This document shows positions 12,507 to 26,234 of a stretch of 64,000 nucleotides of DNA, piece by piece (positions within the stretch are counted from its first letter, which is position 1; every line of letters starts with the position of its first letter). The stretch is from Azolla caroliniana (Eukaryota; Plantae; Polypodiophyta). The notes below the pieces were generated by a model. The model had not been told where the DNA came from, ran no database searches, and worked only from the letters and a program-made list of their open reading frames with translations. Location: assembly GCA_043228905.1 (NCBI GenBank), contig JBHGNT010000005.1:1178001-1242000 (forward strand), given 5' to 3'. Made by a program: the position numbers and the translations under genes.

Positions 12507-12563
12507 AAGGGAACAAATTGAATTAGACACCCCAGTAGTCCTAGCTGTAAACAATGGATATTA
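12507..12563 (+). pseudogene. rrn16: Short plastid 16S rRNA fragment (NUPT)
   Basis: ATTAGAcACCCCAGTAGTCCTAGCtGTAAACaATGGATAtTA versus plastid 16S ATTAGATACCCCAGTAGTCCTAGCCGTAAACGATGGATACTA. The differences are all transitions. Confidence 0.75.
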
Positions 12564-13899
12564 TGTGTCACACATATTGACCAACGCCATTTACCCTCAG
12601 GTAGAAAAATACCAATTAGAAAGAGACAATTTTTAGCTTTAGCTCTAGGGAGTATGTTAGAACGAGGAGGAACCCATGTAACAAGTTTATAATTCACCTT
12701 TAATTTTCTCCTTATTAAAGTAAATAATTACGACTATGTTCCTCTAGGAGGGTATAAAGGTTTATAGATTTCACCCCTCATGACAATACTAAGCTCTCTA
12801 TGTTACCTTACATAAGTAAAAACCTCATGATTAACTATGAATGTTTCTAATGACACTTTGACGATTGGATGGATAACACCATTTTAATGTAAAATTATGA
12901 GTAAGCTTTTTACTATAGCTGGAATCAAAGATCAACACAATGTTGGATGCTCATATCTATTGTCAAATTATTGAATCTTGAAATTCGTAATTAGACAAGT
13001 TTTACTTGATTGGGGGTAAATACATAGTATGTTCCATCATTGTTGTGCAAACTCTTGCACATAAATAAATGGTATCGTTAATGACAATAAATTGTTAAAT
13101 AAATAGTTTGACTTCTACAATATTTGAAGGAAGCAAACAAAAGAGTTAATAGGGTATATAAATCTGAATTGATTTAGAGGAATTCCTAATACAACCCTCT
13201 TGCTTATACTTCATTGTCAAGGTGATGAGTGGGATCTTAATATCTTGATTAGTGGATTAATATAGTAACTGCAAATAAAGGACTTGTAATGCTTTTTTTT
13301 ATAAATTGCCCTGTTCTAGAAATAGGGAGTATTTTGGTCCATTAAAGACTTGCATGCCTCAACTACCATGTAATTTTCTAAAGGTTAATCCTCAGTGTAA
13401 TGTACTCCCTTAGGCAAGTAAATAATTTTCAGTGGTCATGTACTTTGAGGACGATGGCAAGTGATGGTAGCTAGAGAAATGGTAAAGAAAAAGTGAAAAG
13501 AGAAAAGAAAAACTTGTCGTTTAAATAAGAGAAAACCATACCCACAATCACTCTCTCATATAGTGGAGTGGTTGAGGTCCTTAGAATATATTGGCATGGG
13601 TACATTATATATATGGGTCTGAATTAAAATTCCATGCACTCATTCAGCTTCATCCAAGATACTCTAGGTGCAAGTGCTAATCGTATATCAAGACTTCATT
13701 GTAAAAGGTACATTTAATGAATTGGCATTTGTAATGATTAATACCTTCATGAAATGATCACAAGAATTGAATGGCATTTCATTGATAAGTAATGTGATAC
13801 CAATGAATGTTCATTATGATTGTGCAACTAGGTAAGTTCCACATCATCATGGCAGCAACAAACTTATCCAACAAACGTTCCTTCCACCATGATGTACAA

Positions 13900-15304
13900 A
13901 TGAATAAGAGGATTGTGGTGCAGCTACATTTGATCATGTGCATGTTTGTGTGGCTCGATTTGAGTGTCATTAAATCAAGCGCACAATTTAGGCCAGTCAC
14001 ATCCACACCGAATCCAAACAGCAAAACTCCCACGATATCTAGTTATCCTACACCCAATGTTAATAATGTGCCAACACCTGTAGGGATGTCCCCAAATTTC
14101 TATAGCACTTCTTGCCCACAAGTCTTTAATGTCATCCAAAACCAACTTGCGCCCATCATTCAAAACAACCCTGGCCAAGCTGCTGGCATCCTTCGCATTA
14201 TGTTTCATGATTGTTTTGTCCAGGTATTTACAATTAATTCTCATACGACCGTGTGAGGGATGGATATACCACATCCATTTAAAATCTGAACTTAGACATT
14301 GGTTTTGCTACCCATTATAGGGTTGTGATGCCTCCATTCTACTCCTCCGGCCCACCACCGAACTCACCGCGACGCCCAACAACCAGTCCATTCGAATTTC
14401 GTCCATCCAACTTCTCGACAACATCAAGGCTTCCTTGGAACAAGTGTGCCCTGGTGTCGTGTCTTGTGCGGATACAATAGCCTTGTCAACAGCCATTGCT
14501 GTTCGTTTGGTATATGGTCCAGTCTTTTTATAACAAAATTAGCTACGTTTCGCGAACTCTGATGCTTTTTGTGCCATATACGAATGAATGATATATCCAT
14601 CCATGTCTTCCAATCTAATCTCTGCAGGTTGGAGGGCCAAATATCCCGATCGCAACAGGGCGTCGAGATAGCCTCTCTGCTGCAACAAACCAAACGGTAA
14701 TCAATAATATTCCTCCCCCAACATTCAGCATCACTGCTTTGAAACAGAACTTCCAGAATCACGGATTGGATAGCCGAGACCTCGTGGCCCTCTCCGGTAA
14801 GTTGTCTCTGCAAATTCTTCCTATCTTGAGCTATACCTTCATCAAACCCCTGCAAATTCTTTACCTACTGAGACTTTAAAATATGTTTACCATTTTGTTC
14901 CAGGAGCACACACGATCGGCCGCGCTCATTGCCGGTTTGTGGATCCACAAATCACACCTATCGTGTCATCAGACCTAAACCCGGCCTTCGCTGCCAATCT
15001 ATCTCGAATTTGCCTGCCCGCTAACAGTCCAGTGAAGCAACGCCAAACCGTCCACCTAGACTTCATCACAAAAGATCTGTTTGACAATGCCTACTTCCAG
15101 AACATATTGGCCAAGAGGGCCATCTTTCACACAGATGCCGAGCTCTTGAATGCCACTGACACCATGCAACTTGTTCAACTGTACGCCCAAAATCAAGCCC
15201 AGTTCTTCCAACAATTCAGCATCTCCATGGTCAAGATGAGCCAACTAGGCGTGCTCACTGGAAATCAGGGAGTCATTCGAAATAGATGCTCTGTTCCCAA
15301 CTGA
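13900..15304 (+). CDS. Class III secretory peroxidase, copy B (~360 aa)
   Basis: Exons 13900-14223, 14321-14509, 14628-14796 and 14904-15304 have the same lengths and motifs as copy A, with about 14 amino-acid differences by eye. An upstream in-frame ATG lies at 13849. Confidence 0.96.
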
Positions 15305-16899
15305 CATTCAATATGTCACTCATGAAGCACTTGTTTGCTTCACCTTTTTTTATGCCTTATCATGTTTTGAAGTCACCTTTGCATCAAGTGGAATAACTCC
15401 TAATCATTAGTTCCTCTTTCTCTAGAATCCTTCCATATCAAACCATTTGATTTGGTCATCCAAATCATCTTGCTTCCAACTTTTTATATCTGGTATGTCA
15501 TTCTCAATCATTGCTCCACTTACCTCATCATTTCGACTAGTTTTTTCATCGGTATGAAATGAAGAGCTGCATACGCAGCTGGCTTCCTACCTGGTTTGCT
15601 AATGGCAGATCGAAATTGTATTTTTCCCATAATACAATATCACGTGTGGTGACTATTTCTCTTGCATTTCTATAATGATTATGACGTGTAGACTTGTTTC
15701 TTCCTGTTTCCCTCTATCTTGATCCTCAATTGAGCCACAATACTAAGAATTCAATAACATCACGAAATACAATTTTAGCTCAATCACGTTTTAACACTTT
15801 GACCAAGTGAGAATGATTTGAACATTATTTTGGAAAACTATTTGGCACTCTTTCAATATAGCCCTTTCTCTTCAGTGGTAATAGAGTAGAGTGAAATGTA
15901 CAGATTTCATCTCCTAACACCTTGTTGAGATTGTGGTGTTGTTTGTCCATTTGGGGAATCAATCTCCTTGCCTTTTGTTTGGCTAGAATTGGTTCCATGT
16001 GAATTGTTCTCTTTACTTCGCGGACTTCGCAACTCATCTTGTTTGAGATGAGGTTGTTCCTCCTCACTGTTATGCACCCATAACATAGGTGGGGATAGGG
16101 AGGGGTATGTTGACTAATGTTAGAAAGGGAATAATGTGATTGGATAAAGGGAATGATAGTTGTATGCATTGTCATGAATGGAGGTCTTTTAAAGAAGCAC
16201 ATCTATTCAAGGGGCCTAGGAAGAAGTAAAATATGAGGCCTCGGTACCCCCATATAAAACACATCACATCAGAAGGCTGAATTTTTTATATACCCATGGT
16301 GTGAACTAGGCTTTCGTCACGATGATTGTATTGACCTTTTCCAAGGTACAAGTCATCCTAATATCCATTGGTATGGGACATAGGTGGTAGGATGCCTATG
16401 TCGTGATCATAGCTCAAGGTTGGTCGAGATAATTGGGTTCTTCTATCCACTCTATTCACCTTTCTTTTACTTTTATTTGGTCTATTGATTAGTAAGAAAT
16501 TCTTAACACGTAGGTGCCTCCCACCTCGATCTTAATCATTGTCCTTGTGGTTATAATATGTCTATCTGTGCATTGAAATTATACAGTCTAAAAGACAGAT
16601 TTAAGTTTTCATAGGTCACATAAAATATGGTCTTGATTTTGTACTTCAGACTTTTCTATTTCAAATGTAGAAACTAATCCCGCAAAAATAGACCACACTC
16701 AAGTAGGCATGGAATACTATACTGATGGTTTATCTCTAGTTGATGCTTCTAACAAAACCAATTGCCAAGGTGCGATGGCCTCAAGTAAGGTCACCATAGC
16801 CTACATATTCCCAACAAGTATTCTACAATTTGGATCCAACCACACCCCTTGATGCCATCACCTCCCAACTCTCAATTATACCCCGTGCTTCTACAACAC

Positions 16900-18900
16900 T
16901 CCTTCCAGACACCATAATCTTGGGAATATGGGCCAAAATCATTTGCGCAACCAAGATTGCAAAGAGATGCATATACAACTTTGAACATATTTATGCCTTG
17001 GAGAGATTACACGAAACACAGCCCAAATGTGGAACTGTAGGACTGTTATGAATAGCCTGAATGTAGAGTGGAACTCAATACTTACATCAAGGTCAAAGAG
17101 GTATGAGCCCCAAGTCAACCAAGATTTAGGACAGCTTCTCTAGCACCCACAACATCCTTGCATTATGTAACTTGATTAACAAACCAAACGTACCCAAGAA
17201 GAGATTGTATCAAAGCCACCTTCCATACTATACAAGGTAAAAACTCTTAGAAGAACTATGCACTTGAAATTCCCTCTTTCATGGCTATATACACTATTAA
17301 GATCAAATGTTGGGATAAGTTTGGTGTCCATGGAGGCTTTCAAAAGATAATCATCACAAGCACCATTGGTATGAAGCCAAGATGCCCATTCTCCTCTGCT
17401 CTCTTTTCACTCTACCTTGACAAGGTAACAAAATACATCATACGTGGAGGTGGTGAAGGAATCGACATATTAAATACACTCATTCACATCCTTCGTTAGC
17501 TAATGACAAAATCTTGGTCTCATTCTAATGCCTTACATGGTTTTGCTACAAAAAAGGGATCATGTAAACCTAGGAAAGACTAAGGCCATGATCTTCCACA
17601 CTTCTGCTCCGACTCATAGAGAAGCTACCACGAGTACAAGATTAAGTAGTGGATTCCTATGAGCTAGGCTTCACCCTACCACGAGTACAAGATTAAGTAG
17701 TGGATTCCTATGGGTCACATTTACCAGCACAAGTGTGCACTTCTCTATGACCCAAGCCAGCAAAGATCCACTCATTCAATGATATGCAACTCTAGCCAAG
17801 CTAGAACGAGAATGCCACCAAAAATAGTTAAAATAGCCTCATCACAAAGTATGGTTATTCAACACCTTGATCATCGATTCCCTCATGTATGGTGCACCAA
17901 TATAGGCCATAAGCCTCCCCATGTACATGTCGGCAATGTCCACTAGATATGATATCGTCATGGATGATACGTATCATAGCATCTACCAAGACGACATCAT
18001 CTATTTTGAATTGGCAACACTCTCCCAGATGATGGAAATAATATTTTAGACAATGAACCTCATCAACCAGATTGAAACCATACACCTGAAAGGATTACAT
18101 GTGACTCATTTGAAGCATCAAAGCAAATGGCAACAGTAGAACATGCCATGACATTGAGAACTTGCCATCCAATATTGTACCCCTCTCTAAAATGATGAAG
18201 GGAACAAGGTACTGCAGCAAGATCTATGCAACCCTAAACCCAAAAGACTTGGCCTATTACAAAAATCATTTCATGAGCTTTTCATAGGATGGATTCACAC
18301 ACCAGGATACATGGATGTTTACATGTCCCATAGTGTTCACAGTGCAACTGCCAATAGGTCAACTGAGAGTTTCCTCTCACCAATTACAGTTTGAGATAGG
18401 ATGAGCACTTTGCATACCTAGACCCAAAATGTTCAACAAATTATATAAATAAGAGATCGAAAGAGAGTTACATTTTGTTTGTATAGGTGCCCAACTTTCA
18501 ACCAGGTAACAAAGCAATATCTACCCTCTACATGGACTCCACCATTCAACGAATGATGGACAAGGCTAACCCACAACAGTTTGGCCAAATGTCGTTCAAG
18601 CTTCAAAAGCATAGAGAATCAATCCAGCCATTAGCATGTGGGATGCAACAATAATCAGACATCATTCATTTTTTTCGTAGCTCTTTACCTCCATTAATAG
18701 CATCCCAAGGTACCATCATAGAGCAAGCAGAAGAATCCCAATGACAAAGGAGACCATGCACCAAATCATGGACATCATTGATCACCATCATTGAACTACC
18801 AAATGCACTTGTTAAATTCCGGTCATAGCATCATCTCACCATACCAACCAACTTTGTATGTAAAATCTAGTCACCTCTATACTCTCATACATATACTCTG
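16900..18900 (+). mobile_element. Decayed LINE (RTE/RTEX-like) reverse transcriptase and C-terminal remnant
   Basis: ITSTIGMKPRCPFSSALFSLYLD resembles GVKQGCPLSPTLFGLYID; IGQLRVSSHQLQFEIG is a C-terminal LINE motif at ~18355. Many stops and frameshifts; boundaries are approximate. Confidence 0.75.
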
Positions 18901-19936
18901 CAAACTTCATCATTAGAAACCATCTCAAAAATCATTTAACCACACACATGAAAGAAATGATCGCAAAGCTTTAGAACACCTAGAACTTTTTTTGGAGAAA
19001 CTGAGGCTTGAAATGTGACCTTACGGTTCCTGGCAAAAACATATCAAGATTCTAGAATAACCTAGGAGCTTGCAAAACAGATTGAAAAATGATTGAAGCC
19101 TCTGAAATCGGCTCCAAGAAATTCCAAGTAAAAACGTGTCCATGACAAGGACATTACAATCCATGGACAAAATCAAGAGGTTGAGAAAGCAAATGAGCAG
19201 TCAAATATTTGAGAAAAAGAAATCAGGAAGAGAGCAAGCTGTCATTTCAGATTTCAGATAATCAAAACCGAGGCAACAGAATTAATAGAACAATTAAAGA
19301 ATATTTGCTAAGTAAACAGATTAAATCTGATGAATTGAGAGTGCTGCTTACAAGAGTGTAACAAAGCTTTTCTAGGAGGTGACATAGATCCAGGTTGACT
19401 AAAAACGGAGATCCTCTGATAGCTGACAAAATCTGCAAAAGTCCAAGCCGTATTAAATTGGCTTGGATCATAAACGATTCTGGATTGAGACGAGAAATTG
19501 AAATAGCTGATTCCCAATAAAGTCAAGATGGCAATCACAAGGGACCCAAATTTTCGCAAAAAACATCAGATAGAAAGAACTTAAGACACACCCTGTTGTC
19601 AACGCGAAAATGCCAATAAATATCCCTGGCCATTTTGTGTCCGAGTTTTCCATCTTGAATGCCAACGTAGCAGTATAATGTTTCATGTCGGAAAATGAGA
19701 ACATATATAATGAATGTTGATGGCGTATCCAGAAAATGTTGACACAGTAAGCAATTTGAGTTCAATCAATAAAATGTGAAAGGCAGTCAGATAACTCTCT
19801 ATATAACTAAAAATTCCATTGACTCACAAAACTAAAACCATATTTTGTAAGAATCATTCAGGCTCAATTAGATATGTCTCATAGTGACAATTTGATCACA
19901 GGAATCTTTTCTGGTACCATGTTTCATCAGATCTCT

Positions 19937-22900
19937 TTAGGATCTCTTCAAGTATATTAGACTTTCAAACTCCAAGCCACAAATTATATCCTGCAAAAAG
20001 AATAGTCCACGTCATACTCAGAAAAACACCATGACATGGCAAAAAATAATCAAGTTTACAAATGAATTGTCTCTTACACTCGCATTTTCAGGATTGATGT
20101 CAAATGTATTAATAGCACATGGCTCTGCCAAAATCTCCCAAGGTGCTTCACCTGTTGCAAATGTATTCAAGAAAGCATGAATTGAGTATATTTCATTACA
20201 GCCTACAGGTTTCTTGCTTTATGCTAAAATTCACGTAAAGAGCCTAGTTTAGTAGATTAAAAGATTTACAAATGCCAGTGGAGCACAAGAAGCCAAATCA
20301 TAAAAATAGCTAGCCAACGGCACATGGAATCCTTATATGACATCATTGATAAGAACAGACATCCTTGACATAAGCCTAAACACAGAGACCTCTCATTGTA
20401 ATGGTTGATAAAATCACCTTAATACAAATCCTATCATTATGGCACTCACATATCTCATCAGCTTATTTCCTTAGAATCTAATTTATTCTTGATACATCAA
20501 ATACAAGAAAGTCAAATCCTAATCCACCCTAATTACACTTACCTGTTTCAACAACTCCAAGTATGCCATCCTCTGAGCACATCATGGCTGGTGGAACCTT
20601 ACTCGACATGGCACTACTCCCGCCAGCTAATGTGAAAGGATCAAACCTTACATTCCATACATCACTCTCAGCCATACTGTCTCCTATGAACTGCCCTTTC
20701 ACATTGAAGGAACCAGAGAGCTGCACAGGCTCCTGTTGCCACCGTAGATCCCACGCCATCACAGCACCATTTGATCCCCCGACCTTTATGACAACAAGTG
20801 TTTTCACAATAGAATACTTTTACTTGCCTATATAATTATGTTTGTAAAAGAACTTCTAACACCCTTGCATTTTTTATCTCCCCAAATGCCCCTGGTCAAC
20901 CCTGCAAGGAGATGAAGTGGTTATTAGGTACTCAAGTAGCAAGTATTATTGCCACGGGTTGATCAAGCGCATTTGGGGAAATAAAGAAAAAGTCAGGGAG
21001 GTATTTTGAAGTTTTCTCATTTGTATTTCATAGAATCAGGAAAATAAAGAAAGAAAATTTTCTATTACTAGTCCATACCACACAAACATGTTTTCGAGAA
21101 GGATGCACATCAATAGAGTGTATGATTCCAGCTCCATATCCAGGGTTCCTATAAAGCAGCAAAAAAGATAATGCTAAGTTCTACATCAAACATGCAGACT
21201 ATTTTTCTACATTAATTACATGGCATCATAAGCAAAACATAGACATGAGAAAGTATTATGAAATCTATACATGTCTCGTGATTTTTAAACAGCATTCATG
21301 TTTACACATGTCCGCATAATGCTCACAAATGTGCCTACAATGCTTGCTGAAATTCTAAAGTTGCTATGTCCCGACATCACAAATGTGCCTACAATGCTTG
21401 CTGAAATTCTAAAGTTGCTATGTCCTGACACTATGTTAGCAAAACATCCAAATTCACTAAAAAAATTCCCACACCATGCTGGTAAATATTCCAACAAATT
21501 ATCTTGCAATGCTAGCAAAATTTCTCAATTTATTACAACCATTTGTGCAAAAAGTATGAAGTTTTACTTAATAATAGTGACTAAAATTCTAAGGGTTTTC
21601 TTACAAATTCTCCTACAAAGAATGAGAGGGGAAACTATGAATTGAAGTTAATCATAAACAGTGGTAACTGAAAGCTCACAAAAAATGTTCCAATATTGCT
21701 AGCAGAAATTCCAACAAGATCCATTCAATGAAAGCTGAAATCACAAAATTGAAGTCAATCAATGAACAAATGCGTTAATATTTTTAGTGATCTTTGCTTA
21801 TAAAATATTCTTGACGAGACAGAATCTGTTCATTGCCGCTATGAGCCATAATCATAATAAAGGTACTAGTGAAGAAAATTCTGAATTCACATTGTGGAGG
21901 AACACATGCATATTCTTGACGAGACGGAATCTGTTTATTGCCGCTATGAGCCATAATCATAATAAAGGTACTAGTGAAGAAAACTCTGAATTCACATTGT
22001 GGAGGAACACATGCATAGTAATCCTGCAATGTCAGCCAAACCTCCAGCTATTTACCTACAAATGTTCCTATAGAACTACCAAAAAATCCAAATTGATGTT
22101 ACCTATGAGAGAATGCATAATAATGCAACTGAGAATTCCAGTGATTTTCTAATAGAATGTTTCTAAAATCTGAGCTAATCATTTCAAATTCACAAGATTG
22201 ATAGATAAAACAAATTAATGCATTGCCATATATTCTTGATCTGAGCTAAAGAAAAACCAAATTCATTGAATATTAAATATATAATAATACTAGTTATAAT
22301 TCCATAACTTCCTAGAAAAATGTTCCAACAATGCTACTCATGTTGTCCAAATTGATAGAATTGATGGATGAAAACAATTGACTGGATTACCACTGGTTAC
22401 TGATCTGGGAAATGAAAAATTCATATCCATCAGATTGACAATCAAATGCACAATAATACTAGTGAAAATTCTGACAATTTTAATATTGAACGTTTCCTAT
22501 GATGCCAATTTTTTCAAATGAAAATGATTGATCAATAAAAGGTTTACCATTTGTTAGTGACCTGAGCTACCCCGCCCGACCTTCGATGATCCCACCACTG
22601 CAAAGAGAATCCAAGTCCAGCTGTTACAAACTCTGAAGGTGAGGCCCATTTTGCAGCAGTGAAAGAGGTAAGTCCATGGTTATCGACAACAGTATTGAAT
22701 CTAAGCTGAGATTCTGCAAGTTTAATCACATTGATCCTCCCGTCTTCGCCGACAGAAACGCAGTCATGAGTGTCGATCTGCAGATCCATGGCAGAAACAG
22801 CGCCTTGATGAAGTGGCGGTGAGCTAAAAAGCTGAGGCAAAGAGGATGAAACGTGGAGAGAAGAAGAAGGTCGAAGAAGCTTTGTAATAACAAAATTGGC

Positions 22901-23239
22901 TGTCCCCGAAAAGCTCGCAGCAGCTATGAGAGCTTGCTGTGAAGAAAACGGGGAAACGCTGAGGGACGAGCTCCGAGAGGGGAGAGGCCATGAAGCTTGG
23001 AGATGAAGAGAAGAAGGATCGTCGGAAGAAAGTGAAGAAAGATCAAGAGAAGACGTTCCTGTGTCGGGATCAAACAGAGAGATAGCCAGAGACTGATGCC
23101 ATGAAGTTGCAGGAGGCATCCATCGCACAGCATCAACGTAGCCACCTTGAGGAATCCGCCATAGCTCAACGCCACCGGACAGCGTTTCCTCTGGTATGGC
23201 TTTCGAAGAAGGTTCTGTTAAAGAGAGGGCCATGTCCAT
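19937..23239 (-). CDS. NUP43: Nucleoporin NUP43 (WD40, Nup107-160/Y-complex), 376 aa
   Basis: Exons 23239-22548, 21148-21079, 20783-20543, 20151-20078 and 19990-19937 join in frame (1131 nt). RIPQGGYVDAVRW, WASPSEFVTAGLGFSLQWWD, IHSIDVHPSRKHVC, WDLRWQQEP, ESDVWNVRFD, MMCSEDGILGV and LAEPCAINTFDI match plant NUP43. Confidence 0.93.
21323..21430. repeat. 54-bp direct tandem duplication in NUP43 intron 1
   Basis: TCACAAATGTGCCTACAATGCTTGCTGAAATTCTAAAGTTGCTATGTCC(C/T)GACA starts at 21323 and again at 21377. Confidence 0.92.
21805..22017. repeat. 105-bp direct tandem duplication in NUP43 intron 1
   Basis: ATATTCTTGACGAGAC...GGAGGAACACATGC starts at 21805 and at 21910, with about 3 mismatches. 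Confidence 0.92.
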
Positions 23240-23440
23240 AGGTTTTCTTCTTGCCTTGTTTGGCTTGATTCCTTTATTTTTTTCCTGTTATGGTTATTGT
23301 TACGATCGGAGTTACTGGTTCCGGTTCTTCTTCTTCTGTTCCTTTGTCTAGGCCTGTGCCTGTGCCTGCGCGTCTGTTTGTGGTTGCATCCGTGTGTCTG
23401 TCGTAGTTACCATCGCCATCGCTGTTCTGTCTGCTTCACA

Positions 23441-23449
23441 AAACCCTAA
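23441..23449. promoter_or_regulatory. Telo-box (AAACCCTAA) in the NUP43 leader/promoter
   Basis: Exact AAACCCTAA ~200 bp upstream of the ATG in a GC-richer leader. This motif is common near plant cell-cycle and housekeeping genes. Confidence 0.5.
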
Positions 23450-26234
23450 CTCTTCCACCTTCTTAGCAGTATCCCGCCATATCTTGAAACTCTAATTTGC
23501 TCCACTTCCCAAGTGTAGCCTTCTGGTTTACAAATTTATAAAAATGCCCCCACTCCAGAACTTCTCAAGTATTTTATATTAACCCAGAATATGCACTTTT
23601 TTACACAGCTATATATCAGTCTAGTCCAATTAAGACCGAATGAAGTCACACTTGGTAGGAAGAAGAATATGAAGAAACTCAAACCCTCGATGAAGTTCTA
23701 CGTCTTTTTCGACCAGCAATTCATCTAGCGAACAACATAAAAAAACGTTGAGACTCTTCACAAATGTGCTTCAAGATCATATAAAATCCTCCCGTCTTCA
23801 CCTTGGAGGGAGTTCCTCTTACGCTTAGGATTTGGCTTTGATTGTTCTTGATTGGATTGAACTCCACTCCAACCAACAACCAATGGAAAGAAACGAATCT
23901 CTTACACCATGCAAATGCCAAACAACAAGGAAATAAAGATGATGGGAATGAACACATAAACAACTCAAAAATGAATGGTTAATCTCTCACTTCTTATCAT
24001 TTTAACCAATTCAAGTAATTGTACTTGTTCCAAACTAAAACCAACTCATCTTTTGGTGATAAGGAAGATGTTTCTTCTACATGCAAATGCATGGCCCTCC
24101 CCTTGATCTCAAAGTTAATTCCAAAACAATACAAAGATGTTTTTTTTCTCTTCATCGCCCTCTAGTCTTTTTCCTATGAATGGAGAAATTAACTATGTGA
24201 AAGTTTTGATCAAGGGAGAAAGAATACAATGGATTTGAATGTGTACTTTGTCAATATATGTTGTGAATATTCTCCTAGGTACTATTGGTTTATTCCAAAT
24301 TCCCATCATATGGTTGTATGAGGGTCTCATCAAAAGCTTATTTGCGACACTAGTTAGCATTGATTGCATTATTATCATTGAGCTTTGCATAGTTCTGTCA
24401 TATCCTACCACATTGAACAATGTTTGAAATGAAAGCACACATGTAAACTCACATTGGAAATGTTGTTTGTATTTCATGGGTTCGACTTCAAATTGTAGTA
24501 TATTGACTTATTCTCTTACTTCATTTAGAGGTATAGTGACCTTCTTTGCATTTCCACCTATGCCATGCAAGAACGATTGGAAGATAATCCCAAGGAACAA
24601 CGAGCTTCAAATAGACATTCTTGCTAAGTGCATGTAGTTTCCAAATTCACAAACATATCTATTTCATTAAGTTTTTCTCCAAGACAAGTGCCTAAACCTT
24701 TATGCCTTTTGTGTGGGTCAGAACTTATGAGACAAGGTATTGCACAACTACCGACAACAGTGATCTCCTCATAAATTGGTTTAATGAAACCATTAGAATG
24801 GAGCACAAGAAGCGCACGGATAACGACGCACATGTTATTTTGGCAATCGACCAAGTTGGCTGCCCATCATTTCATAAAGTGCGAGATATAACAATCGATT
24901 GCGTCTAATGTGAGAAACAACTGGTCGGATGACAGTATGTTAGTCAATCTACCAAGTGGCCGGACCAGCAAGGCACAGGTAAAAAGACGTATTCAGTATG
25001 AACGGACTGGACACTCCATGTGTGAAACAAAAATCACTGGCTTCGAAGATTAGGGTTAGGATACAAATAAGCACGCAGCTCCTCAGAGATAATTTGTGAA
25101 GAGGATCACCCATCTGAAGCCATGGATGACGATGATGATCTTTGAAATGATTTTATGTCTCAATGGCGAATTTCACGCCCTGAGGACAATTCTACAGATC
25201 ACCACCCATAGACTGAGTCTTCCTTACTGCTTCTATCTCTGTTTTTCATGTGGTTTTGTCGAGGCCCCTCCCTGATAACGTAAATATTTCCCTTTTTGTT
25301 TGTCAATTGAATGTGGCGAGTCCATGTAATGGGGATTCTGGCTCATGTCCGTCGGAATCATATTGTGAAAGCTATGATGATTATTCAAAAGGTCTCGTTC
25401 GCCTGAACACAGACGTATATAAAGATATATATGTCTTCATTTGATGACATCTCTTTTGACTGAGCTTCCTACGGGTTATCAGACAGTGTGAATGTATATG
25501 TATTTGTATGCGAACGATGTATATCGGTTTATATTCTTTCTATACCTGTTTGTTTTGGCGGATTCAAATCAAGTGTAGTAGATGTCTGCGTGCCGCAGGT
25601 TTCTTATTATCATGTCGTGTACCTTCGAAGCTGACTGACAGGCAGGAGCACAGTTGAAAGACAGTTGTCTACGGCTATATTTCTGAAGTTCGGAATCATG
25701 GTATATAGGGATGTTTACGTCTATGATGGAAGGCAGATGCTCTCCTGTAACGGATGTCAATTATGGAGTAATCAATTGTAAATGTTAGTTGTACATACCA
25801 TTCCCCATATCTTTGTCCCCGGTAACGAAATATTACACGTGAATAGAATTCAACTGTAACGCTTCCTAATTTCGTCCGTATGTCGGAAAGATAGTATGGT
25901 GAGCGTTGAATCTACCCGAGCCTACCGACTGGAAGTTCAAAAAAATTCCTATAGATAGATGGAAAAGCAAAACTTGCAACGATTAGCTTGGTGTAAGCTG
26001 CTGTTTAGCCGGTTCATCTTATATCTACAGCAAAACAGTTGCTAATCTGTATAGCGTGTAAATTAATGAAGGATGATACGTCTCGTCACATGCAGCAGAA
26101 TTATGCGTGGTCTCTATTAAGCTGGAATTTCCTCTTTGCCTCAACGTGGTCACGTCAAATTACTGAGATGGAAATATTCATATGCTGGAGTAGCAGTATT
26201 CTCGTCATGACAATTTGAGTAGTCTTCCGAGGTT

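Noticed and set aside
23500-24900. Possible decayed transposon here, and similar stretches at 11.3-12.4, 28.5-29.4 and 43.1-44.4 kb
   Set aside because: The composition looks coding-like, but I could not find a diagnostic motif, TIR or TSD to support a call.
25049-25190. Possible C/D box snoRNA (ATGATGA...CTGA) after a TTAGGGTT motif
   Set aside because: Only ~55 nt between the boxes, no terminal stem and no recognisable rRNA guide. The region could equally be a decayed acidic coding fragment.
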